Virus record (IMG/VR): IMGVR_UViG_3300042542_006078
DNA: 64,000 bases
Origin: a virus
Lineage: Duplodnaviria; Caudoviricetes
Reading direction: 5' to 3' (one strand)
The notes below the pieces were generated by a model. The model was not told where the DNA came from and searched no databases. It worked only from the letters and a program-made list of their open reading frames with translations. A program made the translations under genes and the position numbers. This document shows, piece after piece, positions 47,736 through 57,026 of this stretch (position 1 is the first letter of the stretch; each line of letters begins with the position of its first letter).

Positions 47736-48812
47736 TCAATCAAGGTTTGTAATAATACCATCTGTTGCGCCAACAATTGCCTTCAATGTTAATGCGTTTG
47801 TGGTGTCTTTGATAGCTCTAACAGATCCGTCACACATGACTGCATTAGCAACGCCACTGTGGAAACTAAAAGGTTCATCGTTAGGACCACAGTTGTTTAC
47901 GCTCCAAGGACAGCTAGAAGGACCGCCAATTGGTGTTTGATTATTGTTAATTCTAGCCGTTTTATCAGAAGTGCTATTACTCGGACCAGACAAGCCGTTT
48001 CCGCTCGCATCGGGGTCAGCCCACGCATAAACACGACGAGCAGTTGTTAGGCTTAAATCACCAATTACGGGATGACCGGGAGCAGATACAGGTGAACTTC
48101 TTGCAGAACCAGCACCGAACATAGTCATTGTTGGATGCGCTCTACCAGCATCTTCAATTACAAGCAAAGTATTGCTTGTTCCATCTAAAATACTTGTAAT
48201 AGTAGATCCTTGAGCAGTTAAAGGTCCATAATATTTTCCTTTATAGCTAGCAGAACCAGTTCCAGATACTCTTGAATTTGTGCCTTCATCAATATCGCTA
48301 ACACAAGCAACCATATAGTCAATAACACCAAGATTTTCACCATTTGATCGAGCAGTAGATCCAAGTGGTGTAGAAGGACAAACAAATGTCTTTACTTGTG
48401 TTTGAGAGGCAGTCCAACCGCTAGGATAAGCTGGATCATCATAATCTCTTCCTTTTGCCAATGCGTGTAAAAGCGTTGTGTTGTATCCAGTCCAGTTTGT
48501 GTTCGTGTGATCAAACATTTTATATGTTGATTCTTGTTCGATGTAAGGAAGAATTTGCGTACACCAAGAATGAATCATATAAGTAGTAGTATTAGATCCA
48601 GTGCTATCAATTTGACCGGGATGAGGCAACTTGCTATATCCTGATTCAAATGCGTGAAATCCTAGACCAATTTGTTTCAAGTTGTTAGTGCAACTCATGC
48701 GATTAGCTGCTTCACGAACCTTTTGTACTGCTGGGACAAGAAGTCCGATAAGCACAGCAATGATGGCAATAACAACTAACAATTCAATCAATGTAAAACC
48801 CTTGCGCTTCAT
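47736..48812 (-). CDS. DUF1559 prepilin-type N-terminal cleavage/methylation domain protein (Planctomycete family)
   Basis: KRKG|FTLIELLVVIAIIAVLIGLLVPAVQKVREAANRMSCTNNLKQIGL; SW…LPYIEQ; FVCPS; DGTSNT; C-terminal H-X9-DG (HSGVANAVMCDG); SD ggaggag. Confidence 0.95.
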   Translation of the reverse strand: MKRKGFTLIELLVVIAIIAVLIGLLVPAVQKVREAANRMSCTNNLKQIGLGFHAFESGYSKLPHPGQIDSTGSNTTTYMIHSWCTQILPYIEQESTYKMFDHTNTNWTGYNTTLLHALAKGRDYDDPAYPSGWTASQTQVKTFVCPSTPLGSTARSNGENLGVIDYMVACVSDIDEGTNSRVSGTGSASYKGKYYGPLTAQGSTITSILDGTSNTLLVIEDAGRAHPTMTMFGAGSARSSPVSAPGHPVIGDLSLTTARRVYAWADPDASGNGLSGPSNSTSDKTARINNNQTPIGGPSSCPWSVNNCGPNDEPFSFHSGVANAVMCDGSVRAIKDTTNALTLKAIVGATDGIITNLD

Positions 48813-49026
48813 TTTCTATTTCTCCTCCCGCCATATAATGACGGATTTTTCCCAATAAAGTAACGATGATATAGTAGCCAATAAAAATATAGGATTAAAA
48901 GTGTTTTCGGAGAATAAAAATTGAAGATTTGATGAAGAAAATTTTTCCAAAATAACACTTTGTTTCAATTAAAATGTTTGCTAAAATTAAAATGAAAGAA
49001 AAATATTGTCGATGAGGTGTTTTCAA

Positions 49027-49500
49027 ATGAAAGTGAAATTTTTCAAAAATATACTTCGCAATGGCGGTAAAGTTAGCTTTTTATTGCCAGAAAAAAAGTA
49101 TTTTCCCGGTCATTTCCATGTGACTGAAGTCGCAAAAGTGACAAAAAATTGCATTGATTGCGGCGGAGAATCAAGGCAATTTAATTTTGTAACATTGCAG
49201 CTATGGCTTGGAGATGATTTTGATCATAGGATTAATTCCCAAACCATGAAAAATATCATGGAAAATATTGAATCTTGTTGTGATGAATGGGACATAAAAG
49301 TTGAACTAGACAGCGGAACAACTGGTTTATACGATATAGAGGAGGTTATCCTTTACTCAAACCAAATTAACAACTCTAATAAAACTGGTTACGACAACGA
49401 GAACATTACTTTTCAACTAGAAAGAACTTATACCAACTGTCTTGCTCCACAAAAGTGTGGCTTGAAAGACCAAAGAGAATGCAGCGATTCTTGCTTCTGA
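49027..49500 (+). CDS. DUF6428-like protein
   Basis: HFHVTEVAKV..CIDCGG..R…LQLW..DDFDHR; C-terminal TNCLA…C. Confidence 0.7.
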   Translation: MKVKFFKNILRNGGKVSFLLPEKKYFPGHFHVTEVAKVTKNCIDCGGESRQFNFVTLQLWLGDDFDHRINSQTMKNIMENIESCCDEWDIKVELDSGTTGLYDIEEVILYSNQINNSNKTGYDNENITFQLERTYTNCLAPQKCGLKDQRECSDSCF

Positions 49501-49525
49501 AAAGAATACTGCTAGGGAGTGAAAA

Positions 49526-49783
49526 ATGCTTGATGCCATCATGCCAGTTGTGCAACCAGAAATTTGCTTTTCAATCGAAGATGAATGCAAAGATTTTTCA
49601 GACGCTGATACAGTTAAAAGACTTTATAAAAAAGTCAAAGATGAAAATCCAATTGTTGCCATGTGGATAAAGAATTGGGCAAAGCAAACCAAGGATCGAA
49701 TTGGTTCTATGGCATGCGCTTTGATTACCTATCGTCTCATTCAAAGCCAAATTGAAGCAGACATCATGAATAGCAACTACTAA
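49526..49783 (+). CDS. hypothetical protein
   Basis: 85 aa, SD gggag. Confidence 0.6.
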   Translation: MLDAIMPVVQPEICFSIEDECKDFSDADTVKRLYKKVKDENPIVAMWIKNWAKQTKDRIGSMACALITYRLIQSQIEADIMNSNY

Positions 49784-49850
49784 AATTCTTGGTTATCGAT
49801 ACATTTTTGATCTGTTTATACATATCTAAATGTGTCAATAACCAAGGAGC

Positions 49851-50255
49851 ATGATGGAACAAGACTGCCGAACCTTGGGCGAAAAAGTGAGTGACGGAGT
49901 AGCCAAATTTGGCGGGTCTTGGTATTTTATCATAACTGGTTTTTTTGTTATTCTTTTTTGGGTTTTTTTCAACACAATACCTTTCTTTTACCATTATGAT
50001 GGTTATCCTTTTATTTTACTCAATTTGTTACTTTCGCTTATAGCAGCTTTTCAAGCTCCATTCATTTTGATGGCGCAAAGAAGAGTTGAAGTCAAACAAG
50101 ATGCCATTTACAGGGCCTTGTTTAGGGAAATAAAAGAACTAGTCGAAATTGATCTAAGTCTTGAAAATGAGGTATTGGAAACAAACAAGAAAATGGAGCA
50201 AGAAATACAAGTTTTGAAAGAAATGCTCAAGCAACAACAAAAAGAGAGCCAATGA
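49851..50255 (+). CDS. DUF1003 membrane protein
   Basis: SDGVAKFGGSWYFI…DGYPFILLNLLLSLIAAFQAPFILMAQ; SD aaggag. Confidence 0.87.
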   Translation: MMEQDCRTLGEKVSDGVAKFGGSWYFIITGFFVILFWVFFNTIPFFYHYDGYPFILLNLLLSLIAAFQAPFILMAQRRVEVKQDAIYRALFREIKELVEIDLSLENEVLETNKKMEQEIQVLKEMLKQQQKESQ

Positions 50256-51151
50256 AATACCGTTGCACATCTACTATAATTTTTGATTTTGAAACTGATT
50301 TGCCTTATGAGCAAGCAATCAACTTGGCCAAGAATTATCTCGATGAGATACCAATCAAAGAAGGCCTAGAAAACACCAGAACAGTTTTGCAACTCGATAA
50401 ATTGAAATCAAAAGTAGAAAAAATTAAATTGGGCGAATTCAAACTTGATGAAGTATTTCCTTTTCTTACAGAAGAAAATTCTAAAAAACAATTCATAGTA
50501 GACGATAAAACTTATGATGTTAAGATGAATACTGACAGGTATCATCTTTTCAAAAACAATTTATCTTGTGTTTCCTGCGGACTAACCGGAACCAGACTTT
50601 TCCTTGAATGTCATCCAGCAGATATGAAACCTCATTTTAATCTATATGGGGAAGAGGACAGAAAATTGGTTCTCTTTACCAAAGATCATATTACCGCAAG
50701 GGCATTCGGAGGAGAAAACACATTAGAAAATTATCAAACCATGTGCAGCACATGCAATAGCTTGAAAGCTCACAGCAACTTATCGTTAGAATCAGTATCA
50801 AAACTGAGGAAAATTTACAACGATAATAGGAAAAAAATCACCAAGAAAAAATTGCATGTTCTGATTGAAGATGAAAGAAAAAAACTTGAATTACCTTGGC
50901 CTCATTTGATATATGAGCAAAAAAACATCATACCAAAAAATGGAATACAAGTTAATTGTGACTTGGCTATTATTGAAGAGGATGCAAATTTGATCTGCAT
51001 TCCAGAAAAACAATTGCCAGAATCAATATTGTCAAGAGGTTATATAAAGGATCAGTCTTATCTGGAAGAAATTGTTGAAATAAACGGAATGATTATTTGT
51101 AAATTGACAGATGGAAGAATTGTTCGCTTGAATAAGAAATATATGAAATAA
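50252..51151 (+). CDS. HNH endonuclease domain protein
   Basis: CVSCG…TKDHITARAFGGENTLENYQTMCSTCNSLK. Confidence 0.78.
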   Translation: MKYRCTSTIIFDFETDLPYEQAINLAKNYLDEIPIKEGLENTRTVLQLDKLKSKVEKIKLGEFKLDEVFPFLTEENSKKQFIVDDKTYDVKMNTDRYHLFKNNLSCVSCGLTGTRLFLECHPADMKPHFNLYGEEDRKLVLFTKDHITARAFGGENTLENYQTMCSTCNSLKAHSNLSLESVSKLRKIYNDNRKKITKKKLHVLIEDERKKLELPWPHLIYEQKNIIPKNGIQVNCDLAIIEEDANLICIPEKQLPESILSRGYIKDQSYLEEIVEINGMIICKLTDGRIVRLNKKYMK

Positions 51152-51193
51152 TAAATAACTGGTCTAAATATCTGTGTAAAATAGAGGTGAGTT

Positions 51194-51820
51194 ATGAAAA
51201 TAGAAGATTGGGAGAAAGAACTAAAAAAACAAATTATGGATGAGCCACAGACCGTGACTCCAAATGTAAATAATAATCCAGTCAATAATGAACAACCCAA
51301 TCTCAGTCAGCAGCCTAAAGTTAATGAAGACCCAAAATCTTTGCCACCACCAGTTCAGTTGGTCGTAAATAACCAACAACAAGATGGAAGTGGCACATGG
51401 ATGTTCGTTCTGATGCTTATTGCCTTGGCTGCGGCAACTTTGTATGTTTATGATGACAAGACAGGAGGTAAACTTAAGTCGTCTATCACCTCTTCTTTTC
51501 ACTCTAAAACAGAATCAAAGACGATAATTGAAAGATCAGATGCTGAAGTTGCAAAGTTGAAGGCCGAACTTGATAAATTTAGATCTGAAAACAAAGCATC
51601 TATTGATTCTATTCAGGCAAAACTCAATACCAATTCCACCAAGATTGGTTTGATGGGCATTCTTTTGAATGAAAATTTCACCATGATCATGCGTGGAGAA
51701 AATTTAAGTGACTTTATATTCTTTAATCGGGACTGGACTTTGGACAGAATGCCGAAGCATATTGAGATTACTGAAGATGACAGGGAATATCTGAAGAAAA
51801 TGGTTAGGTCGGGTCAGTAA
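51194..51820 (+). CDS. single-TM coiled-coil protein
   Basis: Pro/Asn/Gln-rich N-terminus, TM WMFVLMLIALAAATLYVY, coiled coil; CTAAATA at 51164. Confidence 0.6.
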   Translation: MKIEDWEKELKKQIMDEPQTVTPNVNNNPVNNEQPNLSQQPKVNEDPKSLPPPVQLVVNNQQQDGSGTWMFVLMLIALAAATLYVYDDKTGGKLKSSITSSFHSKTESKTIIERSDAEVAKLKAELDKFRSENKASIDSIQAKLNTNSTKIGLMGILLNENFTMIMRGENLSDFIFFNRDWTLDRMPKHIEITEDDREYLKKMVRSGQ

Positions 51821-52551
51821 CACTTAAATGTAGATCCTCCTTGGTAACTTGATGCTTTCATGACATCATTAATCGACATGGAAATGTAGTCAGAAGCAAT
51901 TTCAGCCAAGTCTTTATCTTTTCTTAAATCATATATGATCTCAACTTGCATCGATGAGACATTTGCATCGTAATCCCATTTCCGAAAATATTGGTTGAGG
52001 TTCTGCCTTGACCATCCGCTCATTTGACCGCCAGCTTTACCCTCGTATGCAGTTATTCCACATTGATTAAGGGAATTAAGAAAATAATTTTTTTGCCATA
52101 AGTCGCATGAAAGGCTGTTTGGACTACCTGCTCCATATCCAACAACTACATCAAGGCGAGGATCTTTAGATATTTTTCTGTGACGATTACTCATGCCGTG
52201 AATATAAAAAATATAGGCAATTTGGTGGCGTGTCAGAATCCTGTTCTTAAACCTAATGATCGGATCAAGGAATTCTTCTCTAACAACATCTTCCTTGCAA
52301 TGATAAACATTGTTGCAATCAGCTTTATCTTTCATGAAATCAACGGATTCTGCTCTTTCCCATCCACGATTGATTACAGCATAACAATCAATATTTTTAG
52401 CAATGTGTTCCACTATCAAATCCGTATTTTCATCGTCCTGCCCGTAGCCGTGTGGGGCCACTAAGATGACGGGATTGAGCCCTTCAATAATGCTCACTCT
52501 TTCCATACTGTTATTATAGATGAGATTTTTTAGATTACTGCAAATATTCAA
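51814..52551 (-). CDS. N-formylglutamate amidohydrolase / poly-gamma-glutamate hydrolase-like protein
   Basis: ILVAPHG…ENT, YIHG, QVEI zinc-hydrolase pattern; start may be 52506. Confidence 0.45.
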   Translation of the reverse strand: MNICSNLKNLIYNNSMERVSIIEGLNPVILVAPHGYGQDDENTDLIVEHIAKNIDCYAVINRGWERAESVDFMKDKADCNNVYHCKEDVVREEFLDPIIRFKNRILTRHQIAYIFYIHGMSNRHRKISKDPRLDVVVGYGAGSPNSLSCDLWQKNYFLNSLNQCGITAYEGKAGGQMSGWSRQNLNQYFRKWDYDANVSSMQVEIIYDLRKDKDLAEIASDYISMSINDVMKASSYQGGSTFKCY

Positions 52552-52618
52552 GAACTAATTTTTTTCTTCAAACGATAAATAGTTTCTGTGTTCTATTTGT
52601 TCCCTTTTAAGGAGATTG

Positions 52619-52783
52619 ATGATTACTGATAAATTATTGTTGGACTTATCATCCAAAAACCCAGATGTCGTTAAAAATTATCTAGAGGCAATTCTTGCAG
52701 TTAAATACATACTGAATAAAAAAGGTATGCTCATGGAAATCAAAAAGATCAAATCAAAGAAGAAAACTAGTTTTTTAGCTTGA
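52619..52783 (+). CDS. 54-aa basic protein (not in the ORF track)
   Basis: ATAAATA at 52575, SD aaggag; MITDKLLLDLSSKNPDVVKNYLEAILAVKYILNKKGMLMEIKKIKSKKKTSFLA. Confidence 0.55.
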   Translation: MITDKLLLDLSSKNPDVVKNYLEAILAVKYILNKKGMLMEIKKIKSKKKTSFLA

Positions 52784-52825
52784 ATATAAAAAATTTTATT
52801 GTTCAGAAAAATTAAAAATTTTTAC

Positions 52826-52854
52826 TTGCCAAAATAAAAACATTATTTTAGAAT
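52826..52854 (+). promoter_or_regulatory. sigma70-type promoter
   Basis: TTGCCA-17-TAGAAT upstream of the RNA ligase. Confidence 0.6.
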
Positions 52855-52875
52855 TCATTATCAAGTCATTAAATC

Positions 52876-53886
52876 ATGACGGATTGTTCAAATATGCATG
52901 TTGCTACAATTGAGAAAGTGGTGTCTGTTAGGGAACATCCAAATGCAGACTTGCTACAAATAGCTACTATTTTAGGATGGGATGTGGTTTGTAAAAAACA
53001 AGATTGCCAAAAAGACGAACTTGTTGTTTTTATAAACATTGATAGTGTTGTTGATCCTCATCCATTTTTTCATTTCCTTAAAGCAAAAAGTTATCAAATA
53101 AAACCAATCAAAATCAGAGGACACATCAGTCAGGGACTTATTGTCCCCATAAAAGATTTACAACAATTTGGTTTCACCAAAATACAAGAATTGTCAATTG
53201 GCAGTGATGTTAGCAAAATAGTAGGAGCCAAACACTACGAGAAAATCGAACCATCAAGAACAACAGGAAAATCAAAAGGTCTATTCCCTAGTTTTCTTTT
53301 CAAAACAAATGAAAACAATCTCAGAAATTTTCCATTAGCCATCGAAGAGATAAAAGACAAGGAAGTTTACATAACACAAAAAATAGATGGAACAAGTGCT
53401 ACTTTTTATGTGAAATCTGGTAGGTTCGGAGTTTGTAGCAGGACTCTTGATCTTCAAGAAGATGAAAATCATTACTGGAATATGGTAAAAAAATATGATC
53501 TTGCATTCAAAATGTTGAATTTAGATGACGATATAGCTATTCAAGGAGAAATATATGGGCCAAGCATACAAAACAACTCTTCTGGTATAAAACAAATATC
53601 ATTCGCAGCATTTAATATATTTGATATAAAAAGATTAAATTATGGATCTTTGCAAGAATTGACTGATTTTTGCAGCACAAATGATATACCGCAAGCTAAA
53701 ATAATTTATCGTGGAAAAATGAATTTTGAATTAAAAGATTTAATTAGAATGGCAAGTGAGCAATTTTATGATAATAACAACCCTTGTGAGGGAATCGTAA
53801 TAAGGACTGTTGAGCCAATAAATTCAAAATGTATGGCTCTTAATAGATGGAGTGCCAAAGTTTTGAATGAAAACTACGATATATAG
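52876..53886 (+). CDS. ATP-dependent RNA ligase (DRB0094/Rnl2-like, N-terminal OB-type domain)
   Basis: HPNADLL; motif I TQKIDGTS; QGEIYG; AFNI; EGIVIR; SAKV. Confidence 0.9.
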   Translation: MTDCSNMHVATIEKVVSVREHPNADLLQIATILGWDVVCKKQDCQKDELVVFINIDSVVDPHPFFHFLKAKSYQIKPIKIRGHISQGLIVPIKDLQQFGFTKIQELSIGSDVSKIVGAKHYEKIEPSRTTGKSKGLFPSFLFKTNENNLRNFPLAIEEIKDKEVYITQKIDGTSATFYVKSGRFGVCSRTLDLQEDENHYWNMVKKYDLAFKMLNLDDDIAIQGEIYGPSIQNNSSGIKQISFAAFNIFDIKRLNYGSLQELTDFCSTNDIPQAKIIYRGKMNFELKDLIRMASEQFYDNNNPCEGIVIRTVEPINSKCMALNRWSAKVLNENYDI

Positions 53887-53917
53887 TTGGAAAAGCTCAA
53901 ATTAGGGAAAGGTAAAC

Positions 53918-54337
53918 ATGAACGAAAGCAATCTTATGCCACCAATCGGTTTCAATGAGGCGACAAACTCTACTGGTGGCAAATCCATATCGGTACTTTT
54001 CAGCAAGTTGTTTGAAGCAAGGGATTTTGCTCATTACGCCCATTTACAAACAAAGTCTTATAGCCAACACAAAGCACTAGGTTCTTTCTATGAAGAGATA
54101 GTTGATTTAGCAGACACACTATTTGAAACTTATGCTGGTCAATATGGAATCATCAAATTTAACATGGCCTCCGCTCCAGTTAATCAAGATGTAATTTCTT
54201 ACTTTGAAAACTTGGCAAAGACAGTTGCAGATTCTCATAATATTATTGACAAGAAAGACACTCATCTTCATAACATTCTTGATGAAGCTACCGCTTTAGT
54301 CTATCACACTATCTATAAGCTGAAAAACCTTAAGTAG
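53918..54337 (+). CDS. Dps/ferritin-like four-helix protein of T4-like phages
   Basis: AHYAHLQTKSYSQHKALGSFYEEI…DTLFETYAGQYG; LHNILDE…YKL. Confidence 0.75.
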   Translation: MNESNLMPPIGFNEATNSTGGKSISVLFSKLFEARDFAHYAHLQTKSYSQHKALGSFYEEIVDLADTLFETYAGQYGIIKFNMASAPVNQDVISYFENLAKTVADSHNIIDKKDTHLHNILDEATALVYHTIYKLKNLK

Positions 54338-55336
54338 TCAATCTGCTTCGTAATAGTAAATAGTCCTGAGCGGAGTTGGATGTAATTCTAACTCCGTTCC
54401 TTCTTTTATGAACAATAATATTGCGTTCAAACTCCTGTCAACTGAAGGAGATACTTCCGAATATTCAACAAATTGTCTTGTCTTCTGGCCCCACATCATC
54501 TGAACACTCGCTGCTCCAGAAGAATAAAACCAGTCTGTATCTGTTCCAGAACCATGAGCGTTTTCAATTCTTTCAGTCTTGTAACCATTTAATCCAGTCA
54601 TCTTGGCTATGATTCCAGAAATCTTGTCTCCATCTTCTTTCTTGCATATTTCAGGTGGATAAATTGATTCTCCCGGTGTGTGCATGTTCAATACAGCTTT
54701 GAATTTCATATTATTCATCATGCTCATCATGAGCTTGATTGGAGAAGGAGATGCATTGTTAGGCCTCTTTGGATAAGGAAAGCTTGTATGTGGATTGTAT
54801 CCTTCAATTTTATCTGGCTTAAGATATGTATCTGGACTTGCAACAGGAATAAAGTAAATGTCACGATTATCAACTATCCATGTAATGTCATCATTCTTTC
54901 CGTAACTACTTAAAATCTTTTCAATTAAATTCATGGTTGCTAGTATTGAAAACTCCTCGTCTCCATACAATCCAGATTGAATCAAAACTTTTGGTTTTTC
55001 TTTGTTTCCAATTCTAAAGTAATTACATTCAGTGCCTTGAGATGTTTTTCCATATGCTGTCACTTCAGTTACTGAAGGAGCTTCCAAATTCCACTTCTTA
55101 AGTTGTTCTATAATGTCGCCATATCCCTTATAAAATTGCATCACTGGACTTATTGTAAATGAGTGATCTGCTACTTTAGAAGGACTTGAATGAGATTGGG
55201 GCAAAGAATCGTTATTTTTAATGATTACTTGTTTATTTTTTGATGTAATATTTTTCTTGTATATGAGAATTCCTTCTGACACCAAGAGAAGTGGAACAAG
55301 AAGAATTAAAATAGTTCTTGAATTCACCATAATCAT
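54338..55336 (-). CDS. membrane-anchored M14 carboxypeptidase-like protein, probably catalytically inactive
   Basis: M14 scaffold (YGKTSQG, VLIQSG, FIPVASPD, NMHT, GTDTDW) but LYGDE replaces the IHxxE motif and the catalytic Glu is absent. Confidence 0.72.
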   Translation of the reverse strand: MIMVNSRTILILLVPLLLVSEGILIYKKNITSKNKQVIIKNNDSLPQSHSSPSKVADHSFTISPVMQFYKGYGDIIEQLKKWNLEAPSVTEVTAYGKTSQGTECNYFRIGNKEKPKVLIQSGLYGDEEFSILATMNLIEKILSSYGKNDDITWIVDNRDIYFIPVASPDTYLKPDKIEGYNPHTSFPYPKRPNNASPSPIKLMMSMMNNMKFKAVLNMHTPGESIYPPEICKKEDGDKISGIIAKMTGLNGYKTERIENAHGSGTDTDWFYSSGAASVQMMWGQKTRQFVEYSEVSPSVDRSLNAILLFIKEGTELELHPTPLRTIYYYEAD

Positions 55337-55405
55337 TTCTCCATATTGTTATATATGCGTAACAATTCGTGATTAAAATTTCGTTGATCAACTGGTAAAT
55401 AAATT

Positions 55406-56176
55406 ATGAAGAATTTCAAAGCATGGTTATTTGAATCGGAAAGTTATATCGATGATAAAACAGTGTCTTACTCAGATTGTTTTGGCATTATAAGAGATGC
55501 CATAAAACTAAGAGATTCAGGAATTAGTGCATCAAGTTTAATTGATGCTAGAATTGGCATGGACACTAAACCATTTTTTTATTTGGAAGATATCAATAAA
55601 GTTTTTCTTGGAAATTTTGGCTCATATCATAGATCAATAATCGATAATCTTAGAATTAGAAATTCTGAAGATGAAAATTTGCGAAATGAACTAGCAAGGC
55701 TTTATTACGGTCTTTCTGGCGCAAATTCCCCCATGGGAGTAGTTGGTAGAATTGCATATGGAATAAACTACAACAATATTAATATTTATATTCCTCGTGA
55801 TTTGAGAGTTGATTTGGAAAGAAAAAATATGCAAGAACTCAAAGATAAAATGAGGGGCATGGATATCATTGCTTTTTACAAATCAAAGAGTGGTTCTAAA
55901 ACTGACGAGAATGTTAAAAAGTGTCTTAAAAAGCTTGAACAAGATGGCCATGTCAGAAATAAAGACAAAACAATTGTAATTAATGAGAATAAAGTCACCA
56001 TTTTTGATTCCCTTGAAGATGATTATAAATCTCCTGAAAATGAAAAAGAAGAAATTAAGCTTACAATGCAACAATCAAAAGAAAAAAGTCGTAGATTTAT
56101 TCCTAAGCCTCAAACAATGAGACAGGCAGCATACCAAGCTGGTATTCCAATGGGTGATTGGAACACAAATCTTTAG
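55406..56176 (+). CDS. paralog A of an uncharacterised tandem family
   Basis: MKNFKAWLFESE; KPFFYL..KVFLG..G.YH; VGRIAY; shared tail …AYQAGIPMGDW; TAAATA at 55396. Confidence 0.75.
   Translation: MKNFKAWLFESESYIDDKTVSYSDCFGIIRDAIKLRDSGISASSLIDARIGMDTKPFFYLEDINKVFLGNFGSYHRSIIDNLRIRNSEDENLRNELARLYYGLSGANSPMGVVGRIAYGINYNNINIYIPRDLRVDLERKNMQELKDKMRGMDIIAFYKSKSGSKTDENVKKCLKKLEQDGHVRNKDKTIVINENKVTIFDSLEDDYKSPENEKEEIKLTMQQSKEKSRRFIPKPQTMRQAAYQAGIPMGDWNTNL
56069..56162 (+). repeat. 3'-cassette copy A
   Basis: 94 nt, 3 mismatches to copy B (56890-56983). Confidence 0.9.
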
Positions 56177-56190
56177 TGAATAATAAAAAT

Positions 56191-57012
56191 ATGAGTAATT
56201 TATCTTTTAAGAAATGGTTTAATTTGCGAGAATCTGATGATTATTCTCCTGATATGAAAAATGCTTTAGAAATATTCATGAAACCAGAAGAAATTTTTGA
56301 AATTTCGCCTGCTTCAATTGCAGATGGTAATCTCACAAACACTCACAAGCCATTCATTTATCTAGAATCTACAGATACAGTTTATTTGGGCATAGATGAA
56401 GGCTATCATAATAATTTAATTTTTCAAAAAATTAAGCAAGATCCAAATATAGGACTGGAACTTCGGAAAGCTTATGATGGAATTCACCAATCAGATTCCG
56501 ATGTTGCTGCTGCTGTTGGCAGAATAGGCTATAAGGTTAATTTTGCCAAATTACAATATAGACTTCCAGCAAATAATATCAAAAAGTTTTTATATGGAGA
56601 TGACGAGACAAATTGGCCTGAAATTATAAAAAAGCTAGCCGTTATTCCCTATCCAATTAAACAAATTTTCGATCAAATTGATTTAATATCAATTTATCAA
56701 ACACCGATACCAATCGCAGCATCATCCTGCAAAAAATTACAAGAAAACGGAGAAATTCGTGACCCATTAAAAACCGTTGTATTTCTTAACAATAAAGTGC
56801 ATATGTTTAATGAATTAATTACTCATGCATCTTCTCCATCCAGCGAAGAAGAACAATTAGATAAAAAAGAAGAACCTAAAATTACAACTCAGCAATCAAA
56901 AGAAAGAAGTCGTAGATTTATTCCTAAGCCTGAAACAATGAGACAGGCAGCATACCAAGCTGGTATTCCAATGGGTGATTGGACAAATTATATTGGCAAA
57001 ATTTTTCGGTAG
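56191..57012 (+). CDS. paralog B of the tandem family
   Basis: ORF 56158-57012, ATG 56191: MSNLSFKKWFNLRES; KPFIYL…YLG…GYH; VGRIGY; shared tail. Confidence 0.75.
   Translation: MSNLSFKKWFNLRESDDYSPDMKNALEIFMKPEEIFEISPASIADGNLTNTHKPFIYLESTDTVYLGIDEGYHNNLIFQKIKQDPNIGLELRKAYDGIHQSDSDVAAAVGRIGYKVNFAKLQYRLPANNIKKFLYGDDETNWPEIIKKLAVIPYPIKQIFDQIDLISIYQTPIPIAASSCKKLQENGEIRDPLKTVVFLNNKVHMFNELITHASSPSSEEEQLDKKEEPKITTQQSKERSRRFIPKPETMRQAAYQAGIPMGDWTNYIGKIFR
56818..56990 (+). repeat. 3'-cassette copy B
   Basis: 173 nt, 7 mismatches to copy C (~96% identical). Confidence 0.92.
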
Positions 57013-57026
57013 ATTCTAAATAATAT

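Noticed and set aside
1199-53886. Self-splicing introns in dut, clpX, glf or the RNA ligase
   Set aside because: These ORFs are continuous and of normal length. The two HNH genes are free-standing, not intron-embedded.
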